Below, in pieces: positions 41,193 through 55,163 of a stretch of 59,103 nucleotides of DNA. A model generated the notes under the pieces. The model searched no databases and had not been told where the DNA came from. It was given only the letters and a program-made list of their open reading frames with translations. Position 1 is the stretch's first letter, and each line of letters starts with the position of its first letter. The position numbers and the translations under genes were made by a program. Origin of the DNA: Octopus sinensis. Lineage: Eukaryota. Location of the stretch: assembly GCF_006345805.1 (NCBI RefSeq), contig NW_021833623.1, forward strand, positions 1 to 59,103. The letters are read 5' to 3'.

Positions 41193-41495
41193 CGGCAAAA
41201 AAGAAATTAGAGAGGAAACAAAAACGACATACAGCAGTCGGTAGATATTCTAGTATGTAAATTTATTCCAATGTATTAGAATGTATTAGATGAATACATA
41301 CACATGTAATAACCATGTTTATGAATGTCTACGTATATACATACCCAGAGCCTCTCTGCCATGAAATCAATAATATGTACATTCATATATGTACATGGAT
41401 ATATGTATGTATGCGTTTTACATACCTACCTACCTACCTACCTACCTATGTATGTACGTATGTATGCAATATATATATATATATATATTATATAT

Positions 41496-41536
<41 letters not shown>

Positions 41537-41661
41537 AGATAGATAGATAGATACATACATACATACAAAATTACGTTTCTCTAAACATGCATAAGCATAC
41601 ATATCCAATTATGTAGGTAACATGCGCATTAGATATTATATATATGTCTTATATATATAGT

Positions 41662-41698
<37 letters not shown>

Positions 41699-42239
41699 AT
41701 AGTCGAAACTACATATGTGTGCCCATTGAAGCATTCTTTCTATTTAAATACTTTCAAATGAATATATATATATCCCCGGATAGGAGCAGGAACTTTGCAA
41801 AGAAAATGGAAAAAGGAAAAATAAACATTGAAACATTCAACATCTAATCAACAATTTCACCCATGAGCCTTAAATCTGAAAAGAAAAAAAAAACGCAGCT
41901 AAAATAAGATGCTAATGATCTTATAATAACTAAAATAATGAGGTATCAAATATAGCTAGTCAATTTAAAGTGCATAACCGATTAGATTGTGTAACTTAAC
42001 GAGACCACATATATCCACTCAAAGAAACATCGCTTCTAACCCTAAACACGGATTAATCAACCTTAAGAAAATCAGTAAGAAAGTTATAAAAAAACATTCT
42101 TAAGTAGCATTAACGACGATATTAAGAATACAACTGACCTCGGGGCTGGAGAAGACTATCATTGTTGTCATTAGCTGATGTAAAAGTATATTTAAAAAAA
42201 CGTTACAAGTGATTTCAAATTTATTCCATTGTGTATAGT

Positions 42240-42625
42240 CGAATTCAATCTTGAAATCATTATCTACCATTACTCCGGGATTTGATATTTATAGTGATAT
42301 CATAATGTACGCCATTCTAATTATGCTTTTGACAAAAGAATTGCTCCGGGTTAAAGAAATAGACACAACTCGTTTGTTTAGCGTCATTATGGGATCATTC
42401 GACAGCACAGTGGTATGTGATCATGTCAGATTCTATATGTTTTACGCATCTAAAAAGTGTATTCTTCATCGCAGATATAGGTAGAAACGAAGATTAACGG
42501 ATTGAACTTAATTTAGTATGACAATAGCCCGGACAAACTTGGAGATGATTAACTTTCTTTGCGAGATCAACAATAAATTATCATTCAAAGGAACGCGAGA
42601 CGATTAAACTGACTGACTTCCTTAA
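42240..42625 (+). pseudogene. Penelope-like element reverse transcriptase fragment, decayed
   Basis: DIIMYAILIMLLTKELLRVKEIDTTRLFSVIMGSFDSTVVCDHVRFYM resembles the PLE RT pattern (..WVK...LFDVTMGSFD.AEVC.LVGLY.L); the downstream YRDD region is degraded. Confidence 0.65.
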
Positions 42626-43598
42626 AAGCTCTGCTGCTCAGCATTACTGAAATCAACGAAAGATTATATGTATATATATATGTATATATATATTTCTGAA
42701 TTTGCGTATATGTGCATGGTATAATATATCAGTTAAATATAGTTAAATCAGTCTGGTTTTCACGTTTTTATTACGGTATTTAAAAAATATATATATATTT
42801 TACAATATTGAAGGGTGTTAAACATTAAAATAATAATTTGTGATATTCATAAAGTTCAATTAGCTCTTCCATACGTTCGTAGTAATCATCAGATTACTTT
42901 GTTTCATGATTGTCAAATTTGTTTTTATGATGTTAAAAATATTTTGTTGATACGGATTTTGTACTACTAGAAATGGTATTCTGTTTCATTGATGGGTTCG
43001 TCTTTTTCGTGTTGCCCTACGCTGTTCTATAGTTATCTCTTTTGCTCGTTGTATGCTATTTTCTATAAGTAGGAGAAAGTAATGTTGCTTGAGCAGAAAT
43101 ACTATGAGCTCTATATGTCGTGTGCTTCTGATATTTGGCTAATCGATTATAGTACAAAATTTCCTGACTAGACAGTAAGAACTAGAAGAAAACGTACATA
43201 AAGGTCCGTGAAATATATTCCAATCCATTGCCACGCTTTCTCCAGAAGAACGGCCGTAATATTAAGTCGGTCACATTTGCTTTCACTTCAGCTATAGACA
43301 TTCTAATACTGAACAATATCTTAACCATAGCAAACAAGAATTCCGTTTTAATGTTCGTCCCACGAGATTGTTTAACTGAAATAGTCTGCTGCTGTAACAT
43401 CATAATGAAAAGCTTAAACAGCAACAACAGCAACAGCACAATAAAAACAACTGAGGTTAAACGTACTCGAAGTTATGAAATGCTGAAACAGTCATCTGGG
43501 ACACAGAACTCTATTCTCGAAAATGAATCAAAGATACAAAACGGTGACGTTGTATCTGTAGATAGAGAATGAATTTACGCACGGAAAGTTCAGCGGTA

Positions 43599-44012
43599 CT
43601 TTACTTTACTTTTACTTTTACTTGTTTCAGTCATTTGACTGTGGCCATGCTGGAGCACCGCCTTTAGTCGAGCAAATCGACCCCGGGACTTATTCTTTGT
43701 AAGCCCAGTACTTATTCTATCGGTCTCTTTTTGCCGAACCGCTAAGTGACGGGGACGTAAATACACCAGCATCGGTGTCAAGCAATGCTAGGGGGGACAA
43801 AAACATACACACAAACATACACGCACATACATATATATGTACATATATACGACGGGCTTCTTTCAGTTTCCGTCTACCGAATCCACTCACAAGGCTTTGG
43901 TCGGCGCGAGGCTATAGTAGAAGACACTTGCCCAAGGTGCCACGCAGTGGGACTGAACCCGGAACCATGTGGTTGGTAAACAAGCTACTAACCACACAGC
44001 CACTCCTGCGCC
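43599..44012 (-). mobile_element. Family-B SINE, full length
   Basis: Complete head-to-tail match to 50417-50810 in reverse complement. Confidence 0.9.
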
Positions 44013-44925
44013 TTAAAATACCCTTTCCTTAAAATGTAGAACGTAATCAAATTATCCATTTATTGTTTAATGTTGATAAAAAAGGATTTTGAATAGAAGA
44101 TCCTTGAAAACTATAAATCATACAGAGATAAAGCTAAAACCTATGCAATACAAGATAAATCGTTACATAAACCTTCCAAAAATGGGTCATTTCAATAACA
44201 GATAAAAGATTTTCAATAAATGTAGGCACTTTGGAAACTTTCTGTTGAATAGATGGAAACACTAAATAAATACCTTGAGCATAATTGATTATCACTGAGA
44301 TATAATATCCATATACATCTTTCTTTATCACCTCTAAAGTTAATATGATGTCAATTTTACTGACTACCAATTTTAAATCATGTTTCATATGTCAGTTTTC
44401 ATCTAGAATAAATATATAATGTGCATATTATCCAAATGGTGTAAATATTCTTATCAAATTTTTATAGAGCTGTGCTTTATTATTTATTCAAATATAAATA
44501 TTCCGATATGCAAGTTACTTCATTATATCGTCAGCAAATATATGGCTAATAACAAATCACAAACAATTTACAATCAAGAAGCAAGGTGTTACACCTCAAC
44601 TAACAACTTTGTGCAAAGAATGCACGAGCAGACGCTGATAATGTCATCTCAGTTGTATTAAATATATCAATACAAAGTATTTGTTCTCAGTTAACTGTAA
44701 CTGGAGTCAATTGCATGTTAATACACAATATCCAACACTGAATAAGAAGCCTTTAGAGTAAAACAGCAGACCCTATAAACGTATGTATGTGTGCATATAT
44801 GTTTGCATGTATGTATGTAGATATGTATGTATGTATGTATGTATGTATGATGTATGTATGTATGTATGTAACGTAGATATATATATATATTTATATATTA
44901 TATTATATATATATATATATATATA

Positions 44926-45103
44926 TACCGAGTAACACATAAATGTGAAACAAGGTGGAAAAAAATACTCAAATACCAGTGATAGAGTAATACGCTTTAT
45001 TTAAAGCAGCAGAAAATTCAACAAAACCTGTTACTATGAGTTCATCGGCAACGGGAACTCAGAGTAACAGGTTTTGCTGAATTTTCTGCTGCTTTAAATA
45101 AAG
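44926..45103. mobile_element. Fold-back hairpin element (Penelope-like pLTR derivative), copy 2
   Basis: Palindrome 44995-45103, apex atcggcaacgg; same ends as 27278-27453. Confidence 0.75.
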
Positions 45104-45113
45104 TATATATATA

Positions 45114-45400
45114 TCTTATATAAAATCCGTTCTGTACGTCTGTCTATGTGTGTCTTCTCGGATCTCGGGCATCCTCCATCCGACCTGCTCAAATTTGATA
45201 TGTAGATACCGACGGTATCAGGGCGTGTATAAGTCTTCAAAAATATACAATATACAAAAATCGATTCTAGGTGAGAATACGATCGATAAAGCCGTTTTTG
45301 TCCTGCTTTTTCTTCGTCAACCTGTACATAACGGCACCTTCTATTTTTTGTTGTTTTTGTACTGCTTAAAGGCAAGTTTCTTTCCTGACAAGCTTACTGT
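45114..45400 (+). mobile_element. Possible non-autonomous Helitron 5' portion
   Basis: A^TC start, tcttatataaaatccg...gtctgtctatgtgtgtc similar in layout to 20516; no 3' hairpin/CTAG located. Confidence 0.35.
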
Positions 45401-45548
45401 TTAAACCATGTTTGTGTTCTCCCAGTCAACAGCCTTATCATTACTGGTACATTAAACTCTTCGGTTGCATATTTGTGTGAATAAAATCATTTTTTCTTTT
45501 GCTGGTGTCTCAAATTTAGGTTAAATCGGTGTTTCTCAAAGGGGAGGC

Positions 45549-46271
<723 letters not shown>

Positions 46272-46572
46272 CACAAACATTTACAACTTTAGTAAATGAA
46301 TCTATTTGAAATCTTACTTTGACCTTTTTTCTTTCCCCATTAGCTATCTGTGTCCGACAGTTTACTTAAGTGGTCATCATAAGCTATACAACACATTGAA
46401 AAGATAGTCTTGAAGTAAGTCTGTCTATTAGTATCCTGATATAGAAGTTCACACAGCTGTGTCCCTCGGCAACCTTAGATGTTTATTCAAATACACAATA
46501 CTGTATTCTGTTCTTCCTCAGTCTCTCCCTTTCTCTTCTCTCTCTCTCTCTCTCTGTCATAATATATATATA

Positions 46573-46638
<66 letters not shown>

Positions 46639-46803
46639 CTATATATATATATATATATTGTATGTATATATGTATATATATTAAATATATATATGCATAT
46701 ATACATACTAATATGTACATACTTACATCTATATGTCTATGTATGTATATACATTTACGTATATATATACACGTGTGCCTCTGTGACCATGTATATATAC
46801 ATG

Positions 46804-46842
<39 letters not shown>

Positions 46843-47534
46843 TATATATATATATATATGCACATACACACACTCAGGAATACGCACACATACATATGAT
46901 GCGTTCATATATACTTCTGTACAAGGGAATATACATTTAAACATAATAATAACAATAACAACAGCTACAACAACAACAAGAATAACAACAAGAACAACAA
47001 TAATGATAATAACAACAATGATAATAATTGTAACGGTACTAGGTAGTTTCCCATCTCATTGCCTGAAAAAGCAAAAATAAGTATTCTTCTGCATAGATCA
47101 CATAACACCGCTAGGTAGAATTGTCTAATTTACTCAACAATTACCTTAATTAGCAATAATAATTTTGCATTTTATCAAAGGTTACTCTATTTAGGTTCCT
47201 GTTGTATGCGTAGATTGCTGTAGTGGTGACTGAGTCGATATATTTAATGTGAACGACATGTAACCGATAGTGATAAGGTTTCGAATTTCGTGGAATTACT
47301 TTTTTTGTTTTTTGGCACGTTATATTTTATTTTTTATGTTTAGGTCATAAAAACTGTGGCCATGGCACAGCATCCCCTTGAAAGGTTTGGTGGAAAAAAT
47401 TGACACAAGGAATTATTTATTTATTTATTTATCTATTGTGTATCGTATAGATCTAAGATTAAAGTCAAATTTGATTTCGGTGTGATTCGAACTCGTAACA
47501 CGGGCATTAATCAGGTCGCTATATCATTCTATCG

Positions 47535-47762
47535 ACCTGGCGAGTCGGCAGAGACGTTAGCGCGCCGGGCGAAATGCTTAGAAGTATTTCGTCTGCCGTT
47601 ACGTTCCGAGTTCAAATTCCGCTGAGGTCGACTTTGCCTTTCATCATGTCGCGGTAGATAAATAAAGTACCAGTTACGCACTGGGGTCGATGTAATGGAC
47701 TTAATCCCTTTGTCTATCTTTGTTTGTCCCCTCTATGTTTAACCCCTTGTGGGCAATAAAGA
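47535..47762 (+). mobile_element. Family-C SINE
   Basis: ggcgagtcggcagagacgttag...gagttcaaattccgctgaggtcgactttgcc...ccccttgtgggcaataaag. Confidence 0.88.
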
Positions 47763-47769
47763 TATATAT

Positions 47770-47915
47770 ATCACTCTATCGATCAGAGTAACATATGCTG
47801 TTATACACTTCTGGTCACAATGCAGTTCCTCGCGTTGTAGACGTTAAATCATGCCACACCGTTGACTAAGCAGGCAAGACACCATTCTCTCTGAAGGGAA
47901 CGCAGTCCATCGCAG
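47770..47915 (-). mobile_element. Old SINE 3' part with V-domain-like motif and type-2 tail
   Basis: Minus strand gcgatggactgcgttccc...gcattgtgaccagaagtgtataacagcat, homologous to the tail at 14600-14660. Confidence 0.55.
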
Positions 47916-48341
47916 GGTTAAATATTTACAGCTAGATGAACAGAAGGAACGCCATATGAACGCCAATCGAAACCACGCTATTGTGATCGTGAGTGGAATA
48001 TTTTAAAAGCACGGTTTTCGCATTTTATAAGTAGTTGTCAAAAGAAAAATGTTTAATAAATGGAATATCAGGAATTATGTTACCTATTTTCCAGCTGCTT
48101 TAAAACCGATATTGATTTTTACGTTTAGTCATTTTGTACGGTCTGTGCCCTCATTTTGCCAACACAGGTTTAGTGTAGGTGGTGATCATTTAGGTGCATC
48201 TGACTGAGGAAAGGACATTATATTCAGTGGTGAATTAACGCCCTCCAGTTGTAGCAATTACATATCGCCTGTACACAAAAATTTTTATGGGTTACACATA
48301 TTTGTGTATTGGTTTGTAAGTATATATATATATGTATATAT

Positions 48342-48388
<47 letters not shown>

Positions 48389-48559
48389 ATAATATATATA
48401 TATATATATATAATATATAATATATATATATTATATATATATACATATATATTTATATATATGTTATATATATATGTAATATATATATATTTTATATGTA
48501 TATATTATATCTATATGAATATTATAAATATATATAAATGTAAATATATACACACACAT

Positions 48560-48846
48560 GTGGAGGCGCAATGACAGTGGTTAGGACAGCGGACTCGCGG
48601 TTTCGATTCACAGACCGGGGGTTGTGTGTGTTTATTGAGCGAAAACACCTAAAAGCTCCATGAGACTCCGGCAGGGGGTGGTGGTGACCCTTGTAGTACT
48701 CTTTCGCCACAACTTTCTCTCACTCTCTTTTCCTGTTTCTTGAGTAATGCTGCGATGGACTGGCGTCCCGTCCAGCTGCGGGGAACACATACGCCACAGA
48801 AACCGGGAATCCGGGCCCATGAGCCTGGCTAGACTTGAAAAAGGCG
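48560..48846 (+). mobile_element. Family-A SINE, tail type 4 (related to type 3)
   Basis: Family-A head and body, then gctgcgatggactggcgtcccgtccag...gaaaccgggaatccgggcccatgagcc. Confidence 0.85.
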
Positions 48847-49294
48847 AAAAATAAAAATACATATATATACATACATGCATATATATATACCAGTACACCA
48901 AAGGATATTTTTAGATGTTATGTTTTATACGAGTCAAAATTTCTGAGGAATATTACGCCGCAGTGTAATTACATTCCAAACAAGAAGACTTGAAAATTGT
49001 TTACATACGTTTCACAACTAAGAGAAGTTACATAGGTATGATTGTAGAAAAGAAAATGTAAGTTACTTTTCTTGTATTAATAATTCTTTATATGTAATGG
49101 GGAAAAAAAAAATATCCCAAGGTTTTTTATTTCGCTCTGTTTTGATAGAGATGAATGTGTACATATATATATATATATAAATGTATATATATATATATGT
49201 GTTGTATATATATATACATATTATTACATATATATAAATATATATACATACATATATATATCTATATATATATACCATATATATATATATATAC

Positions 49295-49343
<49 letters not shown>

Positions 49344-49521
49344 CATATACATGTAATTATTTATATATATGTGTGTGTATGTATATAATAATATATATAT
49401 ATATAATATATATATATATTATATATATATGTATATATGTATATATATATATATGTGTGTGTGTATTCATTGTATATATATATATGTATACACACACACA
49501 CATATAATATATATAATATAT

Positions 49522-49567
<46 letters not shown>

Positions 49568-50416
49568 CATATTCAAGAGGAGGGGAAGAAGAGACCTATG
49601 CATATATATTTTATCAATTTATATGTTTGTATATGAAAAAAACTAATGGCATCCAGAAATTTCTCTTGGTAAACACAAAACATTTGGCTATCATGTACAT
49701 CTATCAAGGATTATTGAATTATTTCAATGAATAATATCCACATGCCTATACAATATGATTACAATTTGTCTACCTGTAACAATATTCTATGATAAATAAA
49801 ATATTTCTATTTGTTACGCGTGCTTATCTAAAAGAGTGACCAAGGAGATTGAAAGTTTTTTCTCAGCTCGCCTATCGATGATTATGAAAACGTACGTTTT
49901 TCATATATATATATATATAATATATATTATATATATATAGATATATATAGATATATATATATATATCTAAATATATTATAATTAAAAACGAAGAAACAGA
50001 GTACAAGAAAACAATACAAGGAATATTCCCCTTCAACAGCTATATATTATATATTCCATGCAAAGTGGAACAAGTTCTAAATAAGTTATGTCCGGCAGCT
50101 TAGAACAATCAAAGTTACTTTAGGAAATATATGTTGATGTCTATATGGATATGTGTACAGTATAAGTGGTCTGTATGTTATACACTAGTATTCGTCTTTT
50201 TTTATAGTATAAATTATTGAAAATGTATTTGGAGTGACGTCTGTGCTGTAGGAGCTCACATGATTTTCAATTTTTAGGAGCAAACAGTAAAATATAATTT
50301 ACCACAGTTTTATTAGGACAAATCGAATGGCCACGGTTTTATTAGTATAAACAGGGCTGCTACATTATTATTAGCATAAAACGAACGGACCCGACTGCAA
50401 TGCTATATATATATAT

Positions 50417-50810
50417 AGCGCAGGAGTGGCTGTGTGGTAAGTAGCTTGCTAACCAACCTCATGGTTCCGGGTTCAGTCCCACTGCGTGGCATCTTGGGCA
50501 GGTGTCTTCTGCTATAGCCCCGGGCCGACCAATGCCTTGTGGGTGGATTTGGTAGACGGAAACTGAAAGAAGCCTGTCGTATATATGTATATATATGTAT
50601 ATATGTGTGTGTATGTGTGTCTGTGTTTGTCCCCCTAGCATTGCTTGACAACCGATGCTGGTGTGTTTACGTCCCGTCACTTAGCGGTTCAGCAAAAGAG
50701 ACCGATAGAATAAATACTGGGCTTACAAAGAATAAGTCCCGGGGTCGATTTGCTCGACTAAAGGTGGTGCTCCAGCATGGCCGCAGTCAAATGACTGAAA
50801 CAAGTAAAAG
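50417..50810 (+). mobile_element. Family-B SINE, full length
   Basis: A-box TGGCTGTGTGG, B-box GGTTCAGTCCC, CORE-like catcttgggcaggtgtctt, tail aaatgactgaaacaagtaaaagag. Confidence 0.9.
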
Positions 50811-51390
50811 AGAGAGAGAAAGATATATATATACATGCATATGTATGTATGAATGCATGTATGTGTATATGTATGCATGTATGTGTGAGTGTGCCTGTAC
50901 GTATATATATATATATATTTATATATATATGTATGTGTGTATGTATGTATGAATGTATGTATGTATGTATGTATGTCTGTATGTATGTATGTATGTATGT
51001 ATGTATGTATGTATGTATGTACGTATGTATGTATGTATCTATGAATGTTTGGTATGTATCATGTATTGAATATATCCAACAGCATTTAAAGATAAATCTA
51101 ATTACTATGCAATAACATCCTTCTGTGGAATCGTATTTCCTGATTCAAGTAATTTGTCTGGTGTTAATTAGGTTATTCGCATAAAATAAAGAGAATTTTA
51201 AATAGGTAATTCTGTCGTGTGATGAAACTCAGATGTGCATTTAAGTCAGGTATAAATGTCACCATATATTCGAGGCGGATGCTGCCGCTTTTTATCAAAC
51301 TGTATCATAATCACTCGTAATGTTCCGGTGATCTGATGAGGTAGCTTTCTTTAAATGTGTTATGTGGGAATATACAATTATATTATTACA

Positions 51391-51614
51391 GGTAAGTTCA
51401 CCACCATCAATGCACCTTGAAGAACTTTCACTGTGAGGAAAGTTCATCGCGTGGAAAGTTTACGGGGGTAATATATTCATATCTCAACGTTAGTTGTTAA
51501 AAACTATTTTACTGAAAAAGAACCCCCCCCCCCAAAAAAAAAGATTCCCCAGTGAATTGGTGATTAGATAGTAGTGAACTTTCCTTGCGGTGAACTGATG
51601 AGAGTGAACTTGCC
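51391..51614. mobile_element. Unclassified MITE-like element
   Basis: 11-bp TIR GGTAAGTTCAC / GTGAACTTGCC with several internal GAAAGTT/AACTTTC sub-repeats. Confidence 0.5.
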
Positions 51615-52162
51615 GGACGTGCAATTATACTGCATTGTGTTATTCTGAACATACACATTGGTACAAACATGTACGTATACTTTTGTACTCTGAAATTAAA
51701 CAAAGACGACTATGTGTATGTATATATATATATATATATAGAAAAAAAGCAACAAGAATGGATTAAAATCTCGGTACAATCGTTTCGTACGAGGACATCT
51801 TTAATAAGCTACAAAAAATGCAGTGAATACAGATGGCTCGTACTCGTCAGCCGAAAAAACATCAGAGAATTCCCAAACATCAAAAGGGGTAGATACAAAA
51901 GAGGGTGTAAGATTAACTGCATTGAAGAAAGTTCGATTCATGGAGATCCGATGAAAGGTTTTAAACTTACAGAATTTGTGCATGTCTACATATAGCTCAT
52001 ATTGAATTGCTAATCAAGTTGTGTGAAGAAATTTTCGGATACAGTCATGCAAAATTTCTGAAAATCCGAGTAAGAAGCAATTGTTGGGCTACAAACAGGT
52101 ATGCTGGTGAAACGCGCGTATATCAACTTGTGTTTAGCCTTAATTCTCGTTTATATACATGC

Positions 52163-52201
<39 letters not shown>

Positions 52202-53693
52202 ATTATAAAATTATATAAATATATATATAACGTGTGTGTGTGTCTGTGTGTATCGTATAATCTCTTTCGTTGGTTTCACTGTCGGAATATCGAACTGTGC
52301 AGCAGAAAAAAAATTCCATCCTATGATCGTGTCACTAAACCACGAGGAGATATGCACAGAAGGCCAACATATTATCTACTGATTGAATTGTCAGTAAACA
52401 GGACGGATGTGATAAGTCTATTTTATGTAACATGTTCTATATTGATCATCTGAATCGACCGCTCGTTCCGTGTTGTTAATGTGAATATATTATATACATA
52501 AAAGTGTCAAAACCACATTGTTCCACATTTTGACACATTTGAAATCTTTAGCGCAAGCGTTTCTATAAAGCATGTCAGAAACGAGTGTGCCTGCATCATC
52601 CATAAAATATTGGAAATGATAAAAGACTCAATCGAAACTGAATAAAGGGAGACCTCGTGAAATGGCCACATTAAACAAATAAGAATGCCAGGATATTGTA
52701 AGCTAATATATTAGACGGCCATGATATTCAACAATGAAATACAGTGAATTTAGGAGAATTCAAAACTGACGGCAAATAAGTGAAATGAATTGAAGAAAGA
52801 ATATTTTATAGAATACAGAAACCTTAGTACAGTTTGTAAGAAGTGGTAGAAGATGAGGCGAGAAATATTGGAACACTAAACAACATGGCTACATTATTGG
52901 TGACATAACACTTTGTCATTGGCGTAAAATCACGGGGTTGTGTACGTAGGACGGTGATGATCTATGACGGCAGTAATTACATCGTAGATAGAAGCGTTTA
53001 TTGAGTTTGATACAATTAATTAGCTACCGAGGGAAGTGAATGCTTTAACGTTTCTGTTTTGAGCCGGTTTATAGAACGAAAGAGAGACAGAGATAGAGAA
53101 AGTGTGTATATTGTCATTTAGCTTGTCGCTGTTGCGGTTTTCGTCGTCGTAGTTGAGTTATACATGCATTTACTTAATTCTAATGCTGTTACAAGAGCGT
53201 ATCTTGATATACAAGTCATATATTGGGGTAAAAGGAATTGACAGGTCTCTTGCAGAAAATAGATTCGTGTTTCTATGCTTGGTGGTGGTGTTGTAGAGTC
53301 TGTATTTCATTCTTCTTTGTGTGCGTCTCTCTCTCTCTCTCTGTCTTTCTGTCTCTGTCTCTCTGACTGCCTGCCTGTATATCTGTTTGTCTGTCTGTCT
53401 GTCTACCTTTCTCCCCCCGCTCTCTCTCGCTCCCTCTCCTTCTCTTAGAATCGACTCTACTGTACTTTGTGAAACGTTGTAGATAACCTCTTTCCATAAA
53501 TGGAGAAGTCGCTAAGTGAGAGGCAATTAACATTTTCTCATAGAATAAATGCTGGTTTCTTCCTGGAAGCATCTTAAAACGGGCTAAAATACAGTGTAGC
53601 ACAGAACAGAAACCAAAGATACTTTAGTAAATACAAGTTGATGTCTCTATGGATATATGTACAATATAAGTGGTCTGTGCATTATACACTAGT

Positions 53694-53914
53694 CTTTTAC
53701 TCTTTTACTTGTTTCAGTCATTTGACTGTGGCCATACCGGAGCACCGCATTTAATGAAGAAAATCGACTCCAGGACTTATTCTTTGTAAGCCTAGTACTT
53801 ATTCTATCGGTCTCTTTTGCCGAACCGCTACGTTACGGGCACGTAAACACACCAGCATCGGTTGTCATGCGATGTTGAGGGGACAAACACAGACACACAA
53901 ATATATACACACAC

Positions 53915-53972
<58 letters not shown>

Positions 53973-54148
53973 CTGTATAAACATATATACGACGGGCTTC
54001 TTTCAGTTTCGGTCTACCAAATCCACTCACAAGGATTTGGTCGGCCCGAAGCTATAGTAGAAGACACTTGCCCAAGATGCCACGCAGTGGGACTGAATCC
54101 GGAACCATGTGGTTGGTAAGCAAGCTACTTACCACATAGCCACTCCTC
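53694..54148 (-). mobile_element. Family-B SINE, full length, inserted into a duplicated unique segment
   Basis: Full head-tail match; interrupts the sequence homologous to 50102-50375. Confidence 0.9.
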
Positions 54149-54337
54149 GTTTTGTTTTTTGTTTTTATAGTATAAATTATTGAAATATGGAGTAGCTTTT
54201 CTGGTGTATGAGCTCACATAATTTTCAATTTTTAGGAGTAAACAGTAAAATATAATTTACCACAGTATTATTAGGATAAATCGAATGGCCACGGTTTTAT
54301 TAGTATAAACAGGATTGCTACATTATTATTAGCGAAT

Positions 54338-54753
54338 AGGCGCAGGAGTGGATGTGTGGTAAGTAGCTTGCTTACCAACCACATGGTTCCGAGTTCAGTC
54401 CCACTGCGTGGCACTTTGGGCAAGTATGTTCTACTATAGCCTCGGGCTGACCAAAGCGTCGTGAGTGGATTTGGTTGACAGAAACTGAAAGAAGTCCGTC
54501 GTATATATGTATATATATATATGTGTGTGTGTGTGTGTCTGTGTGTCTGTGTCTGTGTCTGTGTTTATCCCCCAACATCGCTTGACAACCGATGCTGGTG
54601 TTTTACCTCCCGGTAACGTAGCGGTTCGGAAAAAAGAGACCGATAGAATAGGTACTAGGCTTACAAAGAGTAAGTCCTGGGATCGATTTCTTCGACTAAA
54701 GGCGGTGCTCCAGCGTGGCCACAGTCAAATGACTGAAACAAGTAAAAAAAAAA
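54338..54753 (+). mobile_element. Family-B SINE, full length
   Basis: aggcgcaggagtggatgtgtgg ... aaatgactgaaacaagtaaaa. Confidence 0.9.
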
Positions 54754-54853
54754 GAAAGGACTCGACTGGAATACTTTCATCTGGGCTACATTGAAACTAA
54801 ACAAAAAAAGCACAATAGACAAGAACTTAATAGATACAAAATTCTTTATTTTG

Positions 54854-55163
54854 CTGGCTGTGTGGTAAGTAGCTTGTAGCTTACTTACGAACCATATGGT
54901 TCCGGGTTCAGTCCCACCGCGTGGCACCTTGTGCAAGTGTCTTCTAATATAGACTCGAGCCGGCCAAAGCCTTGTGAGTGGATTTGGTAGACGGAAAATA
55001 TAATACATATATATGACGGGCTTCTTTCAGTTTCCGTCTACCAAATCCACTCACAAGGCTTTGGCTGGCTCGAGCCTATAGTAGAAGACACTTTCACAAG
55101 GTGCCACGCAGTGGGACCGAACCTGGAACAATATGGTTCGTAAGTAAGCTACAAGCTACTTAC
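54854..55163. repeat. Inverted pair of family-B SINE 5' halves forming a ~133-bp stem with ~33-bp loop
   Basis: 54865-54997 is complementary to 55031-55163; both carry a duplicated gtagctt. Confidence 0.85.

Noticed and set aside
51338-51360. TGAGGTAG (let-7 seed) overlapping CTGATGA
   Set aside because: The rest does not match let-7, there is no precursor hairpin, and no stem II/GAAA for a hammerhead
51385-51397. Perfect donor CAG/GTAAGT
   Set aside because: Coincides with the left TIR of the 51391-51614 element; no open upstream exon identified
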